A stretch of DNA of 64,000 bases from Ilumatobacteraceae bacterium. GTDB lineage: Bacteria > Actinomycetota > Acidimicrobiia > Acidimicrobiales > Ilumatobacteraceae. The notes below the pieces were generated by a model. It saw only the letters and a program-made list of their open reading frames with translations, searched no databases and was not told the origin of the DNA. The stretch covers positions 472 to 64,471 of the forward strand of contig JBEVOM010000150.1 in assembly GCA_040507575.1 (NCBI GenBank), read 5' to 3'. Shown here piece after piece: positions 10,832-21,633 of the stretch (its first letter is position 1; every line of letters starts with the position of its first letter). The position numbers and the translations under genes were made by a program.

Positions 10832-13459
10832 ATGACCGCCACGCCTCCGCGCACCGCCGACGAGCTCCGCCGGTCCTACATCGACTTCTTCGCGGCCCGT
10901 GACCACAGCCCCGTGCCGTCGGCGAGCCTGCTCCCGCACGACCCGACGCTGCTGTTCAACGTCGCCGGGATGGTCCCGTTCAAGCCGTACTTCGTCGGCG
11001 ACGAGCAGCCGCCGTTCCGGCGCGCGGTCAGCTCCCAGAAGTGCGTGCGCGCCGGAGGCAAGCACAACGACCTCGACGATGTCGGGCGCACCAAGCGCCA
11101 CCTCGTGTTCTTCGAGATGATGGGCAACTTCAGCTTCGGGGACTACTTCAAGGAGCTGGCGATCCCCTACAGCTGGGAGCTGGTCACCGAGGTCTGGGGC
11201 TTCGACGGTGACCGCATCTGGATCACCGTCCACGAGAGCGACGACGAGGCCGAGAAGATCTGGCACGACGTCGTCGGCGTACCGATGGAGCGCATCCAGC
11301 GTCTCGGCGACAAGGACAACTTCTGGCAGATGGGCGACACCGGTCCGTGTGGGCCGTGCAGCGAGCTGCACATCGACCGCGGCCCGTCGTTCGGTCCCGA
11401 GGGCGGGCCCCTGAACGACCCGCACGGCGACCGCTTCATGGAGTTCTGGAACCTGGTCTTCATGCAGTACGACCAGGCGCCCGACGGGACGCGGACCGCG
11501 CTGCCACGACCGTCCATCGACACCGGTGCCGGCCTCGAGCGCATCCTGTGCCTGCTGCAGGGCGTCGACGCCGTCTGGGAGACCGACCTCATGGCGCCGC
11601 TCATCGACTCCGCGTGCTCCTTGACCGGTCGGGCGTACCGCGCCGGCGATTACGACGACCGTGACAGCTTCGCCGTGCGGGTGCTCGCCGAGCATGCCCG
11701 CTCGTCGGCCATGCTCGTCGCCGACGGCGTGTTCCCGAGCAACGAGGCCCGCGGCTTCGTGCTGCGGCGGATCATCCGCCGGGCCGTCCGCTACGCCTAC
11801 CTGCTCGGCACCGAGCGACTGGTGATGCCGACGCTGGCCGAGGTCGCGATCGACGTGATGGGCTCGGCGTACCCGGACGTCGCCCGCCAGCGCGACTTCA
11901 TCGTCGGGGTGCTGGGCAAGGAGGAGGAGCGCTTCCGCCAGACCCTGCGCAACGGCCTCGGCATCCTCGAGGGCGAGCTGGCGGGTGGTTCCGGCCAGTT
12001 GGCGGGATCGACCGCCTTCGTCCTCCACGACACCTACGGCTTCCCGCTGGAGCTGACCCAGGAGATCGCCGCCGAGCGTGACGTCGCCGTCGACGTCGCC
12101 GGTTTCGAGACCGAGATGGCCGAGCAGCGCCAGCGGGCCAAGTCGGCCCGCCGCAAGGGCGGTGACGACGCCAACATCGAGGCCTACCGCGACGTGGTCG
12201 AGCACTTCGGCACGACGACGTTCGTGGGGTACACCGAGGACTCGGCGGCCGCCCGCGTGCTGGCCGTGGTTCCCGTGCCCGATGGCCCGACGGCGAACGA
12301 CCCGCTGGTCGAGGTGTTCCTGGACCGGTCGCCGTTCTATGCCGAGAGCGGCGGGCAGGTCGGTGACCAGGGCACGATCACCACCGCGACCGGAACTGCC
12401 GTCGTGATCGACACGACGTTCGCCCTGCCCAACCTGCGGCGCCACACGGCTCGCGTCACGACGGGCACGATCAGCCCCGGCCAGGACGCCACCGCCACCA
12501 TCGACGTCGCCCGCCGCGACGCCACCCGGCGCAACCACACGGCCACCCACCTGCTGCACCACGCCCTGCGCGAGGTGCTCGGCGAGCACGTCAAACAGGC
12601 CGGCTCGCTCGTCTCGCCGGAGCGGCTGCGGTTCGACTTCTCCCACTACGAAGCCGTCACACCCGAGCAGATCGAGCGCATCGAGCAGCTCGCCAACGGC
12701 GAGACGCTGGCCAACACGCCCACCGAGATCTTCGAGACCAGCAAGGCCGAGGCCGAGGAGCTGGGCGCCATCGCGTTCTTCGGTGACAAGTACGGCGACG
12801 TCGTGCGCGTCCTGCGAGCGGGCTCCTCGATCGAGCTCTGCGGGGGGACCCACGTGCGCGCCACGGGTGACATCGGCACGATCAAGGTCGTCGGCGAGGG
12901 CTCGATCGGCTCCAACCTGCGGCGCATCGAGGCCGTCACCGGCGCGGCCACCGTCGCGCTGCTCCAGCGCGACGAGCGCCTCCTGGCCGACGCGGGCAAG
13001 CTGGTCGGCGCGCCGGCCGAGGAGCTCGTGGACGGCGTCCAGCGCAAGCTCGACGAGATCCGCGCCCTGACCGACGAGCTCAAGGTGCTGCGCTCGAAGC
13101 TCGCCGGCGGTCGGGCCGCTGAGCTGGCCGGAACGGCGAGCGACGGCGTCGTCGTGCACCGCGTCGACGGTCTCGACACGAACGACCTCCGTGAGCTGGC
13201 GCTCGCCGTGCGCAACCAGGCCGGCATCGACATCGTCGTGCTCGCCGGGGTCACGACCGCTGGCGGTGTCAGCCTCGTCGCCGCCGTCGTGCCCGCGACG
13301 GGCATCCAGGCGTCGAGCCTCATCAAGGACGCCGCGAAGGCAGTCGGCGGCGGGGGCGGCGGCAAGGGTGATGTCGCGACCGCGGGTGGCCGCGATCCCT
13401 CCGGCGTCGACGAGGCCCTGCGCATCGCGGCCGACGCGGTCGCGGTCGCCCGCCGCTGA
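10832..13459 (+). CDS. alaS: alanine--tRNA ligase
   Basis: 875 aa. Class II motifs, FFEMMGNFSFGDYFK, the HTATHLLHHALR editing-domain zinc motif, and a C-terminal DHHA1-like GGGGGKGDVA. Confidence 0.97.
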   Translation: MTATPPRTADELRRSYIDFFAARDHSPVPSASLLPHDPTLLFNVAGMVPFKPYFVGDEQPPFRRAVSSQKCVRAGGKHNDLDDVGRTKRHLVFFEMMGNFSFGDYFKELAIPYSWELVTEVWGFDGDRIWITVHESDDEAEKIWHDVVGVPMERIQRLGDKDNFWQMGDTGPCGPCSELHIDRGPSFGPEGGPLNDPHGDRFMEFWNLVFMQYDQAPDGTRTALPRPSIDTGAGLERILCLLQGVDAVWETDLMAPLIDSACSLTGRAYRAGDYDDRDSFAVRVLAEHARSSAMLVADGVFPSNEARGFVLRRIIRRAVRYAYLLGTERLVMPTLAEVAIDVMGSAYPDVARQRDFIVGVLGKEEERFRQTLRNGLGILEGELAGGSGQLAGSTAFVLHDTYGFPLELTQEIAAERDVAVDVAGFETEMAEQRQRAKSARRKGGDDANIEAYRDVVEHFGTTTFVGYTEDSAAARVLAVVPVPDGPTANDPLVEVFLDRSPFYAESGGQVGDQGTITTATGTAVVIDTTFALPNLRRHTARVTTGTISPGQDATATIDVARRDATRRNHTATHLLHHALREVLGEHVKQAGSLVSPERLRFDFSHYEAVTPEQIERIEQLANGETLANTPTEIFETSKAEAEELGAIAFFGDKYGDVVRVLRAGSSIELCGGTHVRATGDIGTIKVVGEGSIGSNLRRIEAVTGAATVALLQRDERLLADAGKLVGAPAEELVDGVQRKLDEIRALTDELKVLRSKLAGGRAAELAGTASDGVVVHRVDGLDTNDLRELALAVRNQAGIDIVVLAGVTTAGGVSLVAAVVPATGIQASSLIKDAAKAVGGGGGGKGDVATAGGRDPSGVDEALRIAADAVAVARR

Positions 13460-13474
13460 CCGGCCCACGGGTTC

Positions 13475-13906
13475 GTGACGATGCGGGCGCTCGGCCTGGA
13501 CCTCGGGTCGAAGCGCATCGGCGTCGCCGTCAGTGACCTCACCGGCACGATCGCGTCGCCGCTCACCGTGATCCAACGGGCCCGCTCGCGCCGAGTCGAT
13601 CACGAGCGGATCGCCGCGCTCGTCCGCGAGGAGGAGGCCGATGTCCTCGTCGTCGGGCTGCCCCGCAGCCTGTCGGGCGGCGAGGGGCCCTCGGCTCGGG
13701 CTGCCCGGATCGAGGTATCGGCCCTGGCTAGCGTGGTGGGCGTGCCCGTCGAGACCCATGACGAGCGGTTCACCACGGTGACCGCGCAGCGCGCGCTCAC
13801 CGAGAGCGGCGTGCGCGGCGCGGCGGCCCGCCAGGTCGTGGACAAGGTCGCCGCGGCCGTGATCCTGCAGGGGTGGCTCGACGCCCGCCGGAGCGGTGGC
13901 GCATGA
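13475..13906 (+). CDS. ruvX: Holliday junction resolvase-like nuclease RuvX/YqgF
   Basis: LGLDLGSKRIGVAVSD N-terminal motif and DERFTT motif. Confidence 0.9.
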   Translation: MTMRALGLDLGSKRIGVAVSDLTGTIASPLTVIQRARSRRVDHERIAALVREEEADVLVVGLPRSLSGGEGPSARAARIEVSALASVVGVPVETHDERFTTVTAQRALTESGVRGAAARQVVDKVAAAVILQGWLDARRSGGA

Positions 13907-15174
13907 CGATCGCCGACGAGCTGGCGCGCGAACGGGCCGAGCAACGCACCGCGGACCTCAACGAGCGTCGCGGCATCGACGCGCTCGACTCCACCGACCA
14001 GCTCGACGCGCTCGACTGGAGCGCCGACCCGTGGGACGACACCCGCAACGCCGGCGCGGTCGAGCGGCTGCGCTGGCAGACCCGCTCGATCAAGTGGGCG
14101 GCCTACGTCGTGATGGTCGTGATCATCGTGCTCGTGCTCGTGGCCGGCGCGGTCGGCTGGTGGTACGTCCGTCAGATCAATCCGCCCGGTGACGCCGGCG
14201 ATCCGCAGAGCTTCACCGTCGATCCGTCCGACTCGCTGCAGACGTTGAGCCAACGTCTCGAGGACGCCGGGTTCGTCGTCGACGCCGGGGTGTTCCGTTG
14301 GTACGTCGACCACCACGGCGGCCTGGAGATCACCCCCGGCTACTACGAGCTGCAGCCGAGCGACCACATGGGCAACGTCATGGCGCGCTTGAGCACGCCG
14401 CCCAGCCAGACGTACACCAAGGTGACGTTCCCCGAGGGGTTCACGGTCGCCCAGATCGCCGCCCGCATCGACCGGGACATGGCCACGATGACCGCCGACG
14501 ACGTGCTCGCCGCAGTTGCCGACCCCACCCTGTTCGCGGCGCTGCGTCCTGCGGGCGTGACGACGCTGGAAGGTCTGCTCTTCCCCGACACGTACCAGGT
14601 CTCGAACGGCGAGAACGCCGGCCAGGTCGTGTCGCGGATGATCGCCCAGATGGAACGGGTGACGAACCAGGAGGACATCGTGACGAAGGGTGAGAAGTAC
14701 GGTCAGACGCCGTACGCCATCCTCGTCATCGCCTCGCTGATCGAGCGGGAGGCGAAGACCGACGAGGACCGGGCCAAGATCGCCCGGGTCATCTACAACC
14801 GCCTCGGCAACGGGATGACGCTGTCGATCGACGCCAGCGTCCGCTACGGCACGACCATGAACGGGCAGGATCCCGATGCGGTCCCGTTCAGCGACCAGCG
14901 CCAGACGCCGGGCCCGTACAACACGTACCTCAACGCGGGGCTTCCGCCGACGCCGATCGCCAACCCGGGCCGGGCGTCCATCCGGGCCGCGCTGAACCCG
15001 GCCCCGAACCCGAGCGTGGGCGATCCGTTGTGCGCAGGGATGCCCGAGGGCACGCCGTGCCAGTACCTGTACTACGTGATCGCCGATGAGGAAGGCGGTC
15101 ATGCGTTCGCCGCGACGCCTCAGCAACACCAGGCCAACGTGGACGCTGCGGCGGCCGCGGGGCTGCTCGGCTGA
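13903..15174 (+). CDS. mltG: endolytic murein transglycosylase MltG (YceG family)
   Basis: N-terminal TM helix, LASLIEREA catalytic-Glu motif and YNTY motif. ATGA overlap with the ruvX stop. Confidence 0.85.
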   Translation: MTIADELARERAEQRTADLNERRGIDALDSTDQLDALDWSADPWDDTRNAGAVERLRWQTRSIKWAAYVVMVVIIVLVLVAGAVGWWYVRQINPPGDAGDPQSFTVDPSDSLQTLSQRLEDAGFVVDAGVFRWYVDHHGGLEITPGYYELQPSDHMGNVMARLSTPPSQTYTKVTFPEGFTVAQIAARIDRDMATMTADDVLAAVADPTLFAALRPAGVTTLEGLLFPDTYQVSNGENAGQVVSRMIAQMERVTNQEDIVTKGEKYGQTPYAILVIASLIEREAKTDEDRAKIARVIYNRLGNGMTLSIDASVRYGTTMNGQDPDAVPFSDQRQTPGPYNTYLNAGLPPTPIANPGRASIRAALNPAPNPSVGDPLCAGMPEGTPCQYLYYVIADEEGGHAFAATPQQHQANVDAAAAAGLLG

Positions 15175-15215
15175 TTCATGAGCGCAGTGCCCGGAGCCGA
15201 CCGGGCCGGTCCCCG

Positions 15216-16028
15216 GTGACCGACGTCGCTGCGGTCATCGGCTCGCCGGTGGCCCACTCGTTGTCCCCGGCGCTGCACAACGCGGCGTTCCGAGCTGACC
15301 ACCTCGACTGGGTGTACGTCGCGTTCGACGTGGCGCCCGGCGCCGCCGCCGCCGCGCTCGAAGCCATGCGGGTGCTCGGCATCGGCGGGCTGTCGGTCAC
15401 CACGCCACACAAGGAGGCGGTCGCCGCCGCGGTCGACGAGCTGGCCCCGGCGGCTGCGGCCCTGCGCTCGGTGAACACGGTGGTGCGCACCGCCGCGGGT
15501 GCGTTGGTCGGGCACAGCACCGACGGTGACGGGTTCGTGGCGTCGCTCGAGGCGTCCGGCGTCGTCGTGGCCGGCGCGACGTTCGCGATCGTCGGCGCAG
15601 GTGCGGCAGCGCGCAGCATCGTCGACGCACTCGGTCGCAACGACGTCGCCGACATCGCGGTGCTCAACCGCACCGCGCAGCGGGCGGTCGAGGCGGCCGC
15701 ACTGGCCACGGTCGCCCGCGTCGGCACGATGGACGACCTCGCCGCCGCCGATGTCGTGGTCGACGCCACATCGGTCGGGATGGGGGTGGACGAGGTGGCG
15801 TTCGACCCGCTGCTGCTGCGCAGCGGCCAGATCGTCGCCGACCTCGTGTACCACCCGCTGCGCACCGCCCTCCTGCACGCCGCAGAAGGCGCCGGGTGCC
15901 ACATCGTCGACGGCCTCGGGATGCTCGTCCACCAGGCCGTGCTGCAGCAGGAGCTGTGGACCGGCCGGCGGCCGGACCCGGCCGTGATGCGGGCCGCCGC
16001 CGAGGCCGAGCTGGCCCGCCGCGTGTGA
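15216..16028 (+). CDS. aroE: shikimate dehydrogenase
   Basis: VIGSPVAHSLSPALHNAAF and GAGAAARS Rossmann motif. Confidence 0.9.
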   Translation: MTDVAAVIGSPVAHSLSPALHNAAFRADHLDWVYVAFDVAPGAAAAALEAMRVLGIGGLSVTTPHKEAVAAAVDELAPAAAALRSVNTVVRTAAGALVGHSTDGDGFVASLEASGVVVAGATFAIVGAGAAARSIVDALGRNDVADIAVLNRTAQRAVEAAALATVARVGTMDDLAAADVVVDATSVGMGVDEVAFDPLLLRSGQIVADLVYHPLRTALLHAAEGAGCHIVDGLGMLVHQAVLQQELWTGRRPDPAVMRAAAEAELARRV

Positions 16029-16101
16029 CACCGGCCCTCGCGCCGGCGGCTGACGGATCGCCCCGAGGTCGGGGCTGCGCTCGGCACTAGCGTGTCGCCC
16101 G

Positions 16102-17262
16102 ATGTTGCGCTACCTCACCGCCGGCGAGTCGCACGGTCAGGGGCTCGTCGTCATCGTCGAGGGACTGCCTGCCGGGCTGCGGGTCACCGTCGAGGACGTC
16201 CAGGCCGAGCTGGCCCGCCGTCGACTCGGCTACGGGCGAGGCCCCCGTCAGCGCTTCGAGGTCGACGAGCTGACGCTCATCGGGGGTGTCCGCCACGGTC
16301 GCACGCTCGGGTCGCCCGTGGCCATCGAGATCCGCAACACGGAGTGGTTCCGCAGTGACAAGTGGCATGCCGAGATGTCGCCGGCACCCGGTGTCACCGA
16401 GTCGCCGCTGACCCAGGTGCGTCCCGGGCATGCCGACCTGGCCGGCATGCAGAAGTACGGCTTCACCGACGCCCGTGACGTCCTGGAGCGGGCGAGCGCC
16501 CGGGAGACCGCGGCCCGCGTCGCCGCCGGCGCGCTGGCCAAGCTGCTCCTCGGCGAGCTCGGCATCGAGGTGCTGTCACACGTCGTCCAGATGGGCCCGG
16601 CCCGGTCCGTCGGCCCCCGGCCGACGCTGGCCGACCTGCCCCAGGTCGACGAGTCGCCGGTGCGCTGCTTCGACCCGGCGGCAGCTGAGGCGATGATCAT
16701 GGAGGTCAAGGCAGCGGCCAAGGACGGCGATTCGCTCGGTGGCATCGTCGAAGTGCTGGCCGAGGGCGTGCCCGTCGGACTGGGCAGCCACGTCCACTGG
16801 GACCGCAAGTTGGACGCCATGCTGGCCCAGGCGGTCATGAGCATCCAGGCCGTCAAGGGTGTCGAGATCGGCGACGGCTTCGACGTCGCCGGCCGTCGTG
16901 GGAGTGAGGCCCACGACGCCATCCGTTGGGACGCCGACGGCGGGACGTATCGCCGGGACACGACGTTGGCCGGCGGGATCGAAGGGGGCATCTCGACCGG
17001 GGAGCTGATCGTCGTGCGGGCCGCGATGAAGCCGTTGGCCACGCTCAACGTGCCCGTCCTGGAGACCGTCGACACGGCCACGAAGGAGGCGGCGCTCTCG
17101 TTCAAGGAACGCACCGATGTCACCGCCGTGCCGGCGATGGGTGTCGTGGCCGAGACCATGGTCGCGCTCGTGCTCGCCGGCGAGGCCCAACGCAAGTTCG
17201 GTGGCGACTCCGTCGCGGAGCTGCGCCGCAACGCAGACTCCTTCCGCGCCCAGCTCCCATGA
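16102..17262 (+). CDS. aroC: chorismate synthase
   Basis: [13 protein letters not shown]-terminus and [15 protein letters not shown] motifs. Confidence 0.95.
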   Translation: MLRYLTAGESHGQGLVVIVEGLPAGLRVTVEDVQAELARRRLGYGRGPRQRFEVDELTLIGGVRHGRTLGSPVAIEIRNTEWFRSDKWHAEMSPAPGVTESPLTQVRPGHADLAGMQKYGFTDARDVLERASARETAARVAAGALAKLLLGELGIEVLSHVVQMGPARSVGPRPTLADLPQVDESPVRCFDPAAAEAMIMEVKAAAKDGDSLGGIVEVLAEGVPVGLGSHVHWDRKLDAMLAQAVMSIQAVKGVEIGDGFDVAGRRGSEAHDAIRWDADGGTYRRDTTLAGGIEGGISTGELIVVRAAMKPLATLNVPVLETVDTATKEAALSFKERTDVTAVPAMGVVAETMVALVLAGEAQRKFGGDSVAELRRNADSFRAQLP

Positions 17263-17798
17263 CCGCGGAGCCGACCGTGGGGGAGCGTCACGTGGTGCTC
17301 ATCGGGATGATGGGATCCGGCAAGACCACCGCCGGTCGCCGCCTCGCCCAGATCCTCGGCCGCCGGCTGGTCGACTCCGACGAGCTCGTCGAGGCCCGCA
17401 CCGGCCGCACCGTCCGGGAGATCTTCGAGGCCGAGGGTGAGCCGGCGTTCCGCGTGCTCGAGACGGCGGCGCTCGTCGAGGCCCTCGCCACGGCCGAGCC
17501 GCTGGTCATCGCCGCCGCCGGCGGCGTGCTGATGCTCCGCGAGAACCGTGACGCGCTGATCGCGTCCGGCGCTCACGTGATCTGGCTGCGGGCCGACCCG
17601 GCGGAGCTGGCGCGGCGGGCGGTCACCGGCCAGCACCGTCCGCTGCTCGACGGCGACCCGGAAGCGGCGATGCGACGGCTGCTGCCCGAGCGCGAACCGC
17701 AGTACCTGGAGGTGGCCGACGACGTCGTCGACACTGACGACCGCACACCCGACGAGGTGGTCGACGTCGTCGCCGCGCTGGTCGGCGTCCGGCGATGA
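17259..17798 (+). CDS. aroK: shikimate kinase
   Basis: P-loop GMMGSGKTT and DSDELVE motif. ATGA overlap with aroC. Confidence 0.9.
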   Translation: MTAEPTVGERHVVLIGMMGSGKTTAGRRLAQILGRRLVDSDELVEARTGRTVREIFEAEGEPAFRVLETAALVEALATAEPLVIAAAGGVLMLRENRDALIASGAHVIWLRADPAELARRAVTGQHRPLLDGDPEAAMRRLLPEREPQYLEVADDVVDTDDRTPDEVVDVVAALVGVRR

Positions 17799-18826
17799 GC
17801 GTCACCGTCCCGGAGGTGCGGCGCGTCACCGTGCCCCTCGGCGATCGCAGTTACGACGCCGTGGTCGGGCACGGCGCGGTCGGCGAGCTGCGCGACCTGT
17901 TGCCGCCGACGGCCCGCCGGGCCGCTGTCGTGTCGCAGGCCACGATTCCCTTCGTCGTCGACCCCGGGCTGCCCGTCACCCGTCTCGAGATCGGCGTCGG
18001 TGAGCAGCACAAGTCGCTCGGCACCGTCGAGGCCCTGTGCCGGGGCTTCGCCCACGCCGGCCTGACCCGCAACGACGTCGTGATCGCCGTCGGGGGCGGG
18101 ATGGTCACGGATGTCGCCGGATTCGCCGCCGCGGTGTGGCACCGGGGTGTGCCCGTCGTCCACGTCGCGACGACGCTGCTCGGCATGGTCGACGCGGCGA
18201 TCGGCGGGAAGACCGGTGTCAACCTCCCCGAGGGCAAGAACCTCGTCGGTGCGTTCTGGCAGCCGGCCGGGGTGATCTGTGACCTCGACGCGCTCGCCAC
18301 CCTGCCCGAGCGTGAGCGACGGTCCGGCGACGGCGAGATGGCGAAGTACCACTTCCTCACCGGCGACGACCTCGAGGCGATGGACCTCGCCGAGCGGGTC
18401 GCCCGGTGCGTGGCGATCAAGGCCGAGGTGGTCGGCGCCGACGAGCGCGAGGGTGGTCGGCGGGCGTTGCTCAACTACGGGCACACGCTGGCCCACGCCC
18501 TGGAGATCGCCACCGACCACGCGGTGACGCACGGGGAGGCGGTCGGCATCGGGCTCGTGTACGCCGCCGAGCTGGCCCGCTCGTTGGGGCGCATCGACGC
18601 GGCTCGGGTCGCCGACCACCGCGGCGTCGTCGGCGGGACGTACGACCTGCCGACGACCGTGCCGTCCGGGGTGCCGTCCGACGAGCTCGTCGGGCTGATG
18701 GGCCGCGACAAGAAGGCGTTGGACGGTCTCACGTTCGTGCTCGACGGCCCGGCGGGTGTGGAGGTCGTCACCCCCGTCTCCGAGGAGGCCGTCAGGGCGG
18801 CGTTGGACGCCGTCCAAGCGCACTGA
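17795..18826 (+). CDS. aroB: 3-dehydroquinate synthase
   Basis: GGGMVTDVAGFAAA, KTGVNL and NYGHTLAHALE motifs. ATGA overlap with aroK. Confidence 0.95.
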   Translation: MSVTVPEVRRVTVPLGDRSYDAVVGHGAVGELRDLLPPTARRAAVVSQATIPFVVDPGLPVTRLEIGVGEQHKSLGTVEALCRGFAHAGLTRNDVVIAVGGGMVTDVAGFAAAVWHRGVPVVHVATTLLGMVDAAIGGKTGVNLPEGKNLVGAFWQPAGVICDLDALATLPERERRSGDGEMAKYHFLTGDDLEAMDLAERVARCVAIKAEVVGADEREGGRRALLNYGHTLAHALEIATDHAVTHGEAVGIGLVYAAELARSLGRIDAARVADHRGVVGGTYDLPTTVPSGVPSDELVGLMGRDKKALDGLTFVLDGPAGVEVVTPVSEEAVRAALDAVQAH

Positions 18827-18949
18827 CCACGACGACCGTGGGCGGCCGACGCGCGCCGGGACGGCTGGCGTCGTGACCGCAGCCGCCGTCCCGTGGTACC
18901 GGCCACCCGGCGGCGACGGCGACGGCGTACCGTTGCGCTCGTGGACGAC

Positions 18950-19411
18950 GTGGTGACCGGGGGCGAGCGGCCGATCGTGCTCCTGCTGCACGGCCCGAAC
19001 CTCAACCTGCTCGGCGACCGCCAGCCCGAGGTGTACGGCACGGCGACGCTCGCCGACCACGTGGCGACGACCGCTCGGGCGGCGGCCGAGCACGGTCTCG
19101 GCATCGAGTCGCTCCAGTCGAACCACGAGGGCGAGCTCGTCGATGCGATCCACGGCGCCCGGCGGCGATGCGCGGCGATCATCATCAACCCGGGCGCGTT
19201 CACCCACTACGCGTGGAGCATCCACGACGCACTCGCCGCGTTCGATGGACCGGTCGTCGAGCTGCACCTGTCCAACCCCAATGCGCGCGAGCCGTGGCGC
19301 CACACGAGCGTCGTCGCCCCGGTCGCGTCAGGGTCGATCGTCGGGTTCGGCGGTCACGGGTACGAGCTGGCCGCCCGCGCCGTCGCCCACCTGCTGGCGA
19401 GCCGGGCGTGA
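18950..19411 (+). CDS. aroQ: type II 3-dehydroquinate dehydratase
   Basis: LLLHGPNLNLLG, QSNHEGELVD and NPGAFTHY motifs. GTG at 18950 or 18953 preferred over the upstream extension. Confidence 0.9.
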   Translation: MVTGGERPIVLLLHGPNLNLLGDRQPEVYGTATLADHVATTARAAAEHGLGIESLQSNHEGELVDAIHGARRRCAAIIINPGAFTHYAWSIHDALAAFDGPVVELHLSNPNAREPWRHTSVVAPVASGSIVGFGGHGYELAARAVAHLLASRA

Positions 19412-20532
19412 CGTCGCCGTCGCTGGCGCCGCTGCCGTCGATCGGCTACTCCGCTCGGCCCGACGCCGCCCGAGCCCGTCTCGACGGCGCCACGCTGCTG
19501 GTGTCGACGCCGTCGAACATCCGCTGGCTGACGTCGTTCGGCGGATCGCTGGGATGGGTGGTGATCGCTCCCCGGCGCTGTGTGCTCGTCACCGACGGCC
19601 GCTACGCCGAGCGGGCGGCCGCCGACCTCGCCATCGCCGGGCTCGACGATGTCGTCGACCTGGCCGTCGCCACGTCGCGTCCGGCGATCCGCCAGCTGGT
19701 GATCGACGCCGCAGGCACCGGCCCGGTCCGGGCCGAGGCCGCCGACCTCACCCACGCCACGTGGCTCGACCTGGGTGGTCAGCTCGATCTGCACCCGGAC
19801 GACGGCACGATCACCGGGCTGCGGCGCGTCAAGGACGACGGTGAGCTGGCCCGCATGGCCCGGGCGGCCGACATCGCCGATGCCGCCCTCGCCGCGGTCG
19901 CCCCGATGCTGGCCGACCGCCCGAGCGAGGCCGACGTGCGCGACGAGCTGGAGCACCGCATGCGGCGGCTCGGCGCCGACGGGCCGAGCTACGACACGAT
20001 CGTCGCCAGCGGGCCGCAGAACGCCGCCCGCCCGCACCACGAGACCGGCCGGCGGACGATCGTCGAGGGCGACACCGTCATCGTCGACGTCGGCGCGCTC
20101 GTCGACGGCTACCACTCCGACATGACCCGGACGTTCGTCGTCGGCGACGCGACGTCCGAGCAGCAGCACATCTACGACCTCGTGCTGGCCGCCCAGCTCG
20201 CCGGTCTGGACGTCGTCGCGCCCGGCGCCGTCGGCAAGGAGATCGACGCCGCGTGCCGCGACCTGTTCGCCGCCGCCGGCTACGGCGACTGGTACATCCA
20301 CGGCACCGGTCACGGCGTCGGGCTCGACATCCACGAGGACCCGTTCTCGTCGACCGTGTCCACCGACGAGCTGGTCGTGGGGGACGTGGTGACCGTGGAG
20401 CCGGGCCTCTATCGTGGCGGATTCGGCGGGGTTCGCATCGAGGACCTCGTCGTGGTCACCGCCGCGGGCGGCCGACGCCTCACCCACCTGTCCAAGGACA
20501 CCCCATGCCTGCCATCACCACGAACGACCTGA
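19408..20532 (+). CDS. M24-family Xaa-Pro aminopeptidase
   Basis: Creatinase-like N-domain then the pita-bread motifs [29 protein letters not shown] and [12 protein letters not shown] overlap with aroQ. Confidence 0.85.
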   Translation: MTSPSLAPLPSIGYSARPDAARARLDGATLLVSTPSNIRWLTSFGGSLGWVVIAPRRCVLVTDGRYAERAAADLAIAGLDDVVDLAVATSRPAIRQLVIDAAGTGPVRAEAADLTHATWLDLGGQLDLHPDDGTITGLRRVKDDGELARMARAADIADAALAAVAPMLADRPSEADVRDELEHRMRRLGADGPSYDTIVASGPQNAARPHHETGRRTIVEGDTVIVDVGALVDGYHSDMTRTFVVGDATSEQQHIYDLVLAAQLAGLDVVAPGAVGKEIDAACRDLFAAAGYGDWYIHGTGHGVGLDIHEDPFSSTVSTDELVVGDVVTVEPGLYRGGFGGVRIEDLVVVTAAGGRRLTHLSKDTPCLPSPRTT

Positions 20533-21068
20533 AGACCGGGATCACGCTCGAGCTCGACAACGGTCTGTTCCAGGTCGTCGAGTTCCAGCACGTGAAACCG
20601 GGCAAGGGGGGCGCGTTCGTCCGCACCAAGTTGCGCAACGTCAAGACCGGCAACGTGTTCGACCGCACGTTCAACGCCGGCATCCGCGTCGAGCAGGCGA
20701 TCGTCGACCGTCAGGACATGCAGTTCCTGTACCGGGACGGCGACGACTACGTGTTCATGAACACGTCGACCTACGACCAGCTGACCGTCCCTCCCGCCGC
20801 GCTCGGGGAGGCCGCTGACTACCTCGTGGAGCAGGCCATCGCCCAGATCGCCCAGTACCAGGGCGAGATCATCGGCGTCGAGATCCCGGCGTCGGTCGAG
20901 CTGCGCATCAGCCAGACCGAGCCCGGTGTGCAGGGCGATCGCGTGTCGGGCGCCCGCAAGACGGCCGAGCTGGAGACGGGCAAGACGATCCAGGTCCCGC
21001 TGTTCGTCGAGATCGGTGACCGGGTGAAGGTCGACACCCGCAGCGGCGAGTACGTCACGCGGGTGTGA
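20505..21068 (+). CDS. efp: elongation factor P
   Basis: [19 protein letters not shown] signature. AAGGA Shine-Dalgarno precedes the ATG. Overlaps the peptidase 3' end by 28 nt. Confidence 0.95.
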   Translation: MPAITTNDLKTGITLELDNGLFQVVEFQHVKPGKGGAFVRTKLRNVKTGNVFDRTFNAGIRVEQAIVDRQDMQFLYRDGDDYVFMNTSTYDQLTVPPAALGEAADYLVEQAIAQIAQYQGEIIGVEIPASVELRISQTEPGVQGDRVSGARKTAELETGKTIQVPLFVEIGDRVKVDTRSGEYVTRV

Positions 21069-21493
21069 TGACCGACGACCGCCCGCCGAAACGGCCGGAT
21101 CGTCGTTCCGATGCCCGCGAGCGGGCGCTCTACCTGCTGTACGAGGCGCAGGCCAAGGGCATCGGTCCGAGCGACGCCCTCGAGCTGCAGATCGTCGAAC
21201 CCGACGCGCTGACGGCGCTGTTGGTGCGCGGCGTGGAGGCCCACCGCGACCGCCTCGACGCCGCGATCGCGGCGCGGGCCACGGGTTGGAGCCTGGAGCG
21301 CATGCCGGTGCTCGACCTCAACGTCTTGCGCCTCGGTGCGTTCGAGCTGGCCGAGCGCGAGGACGTCCCGGTCCCGGTGGTCATCGACGAGGCTGTCGAG
21401 CTGGCCAAGCGGTTCTCGACCGACAACAGCGGCCGGTTCGTGAACGGCGTCCTGTCGGCGCTCGCCGCCGACCTCCGCCCACCCCCCGCCTGA
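21065..21493 (+). CDS. nusB: transcription antitermination factor NusB
   Basis: [13 protein letters not shown] start and [20 protein letters not shown] motifs. GTGA overlap with efp. Confidence 0.9.
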   Translation: MMTDDRPPKRPDRRSDARERALYLLYEAQAKGIGPSDALELQIVEPDALTALLVRGVEAHRDRLDAAIAARATGWSLERMPVLDLNVLRLGAFELAEREDVPVPVVIDEAVELAKRFSTDNSGRFVNGVLSALAADLRPPPA

Positions 21494-21535
21494 ACCCGCC
21501 TGAACCCGCGAACCCGCCTGAGCCGCCTGAACCCG
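21489..21535. repeat. imperfect tandem ~10-bp repeat (CCTGAACCCG-like, about 5 units)
   Basis: Read directly: cctgaacccg cctgaacccg cgaacccg cctgagccg cctgaacccg, beginning at the nusB stop codon. Confidence 0.4.
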
Positions 21536-21568
21536 CGCCGCCACTCCTTGCTCGCGCAACCACCGTCC

Positions 21569-21633
21569 GATTTCCCCAACTGTTGACCTGAGCGGACAGT
21601 TTTCGTCCCCTGGGGTCAACAGTTGGGGAAATC
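21569..21633. repeat. palindromic intergenic element, copy 1
   Basis: 20-bp perfect inverted arms, GATTTCCCCAACTGTTGACC (21569-21588) and GGTCAACAGTTGGGGAAATC (21614-21633), around a 25-nt spacer. Its reverse complement is ~90% identical over ~70 nt to the copy at 39249-39313. Confidence 0.75.

Noticed and set aside
10820-13759. 979-aa ORF antisense to alaS, and similar long antisense or alternate-frame ORFs elsewhere (e.g. 3745..5364 -, 21623..23377 +, 21636..23666 -, 38199..40127 -, 43928..46171 -, 58142..59863 -).
   Set aside because: Their translations are Arg/Gly/Pro/Asp-rich with no motifs. They exactly shadow genes with unmistakable homology on the other strand or frame. This is the usual stop-codon-poor artefact of a ~70% GC genome.
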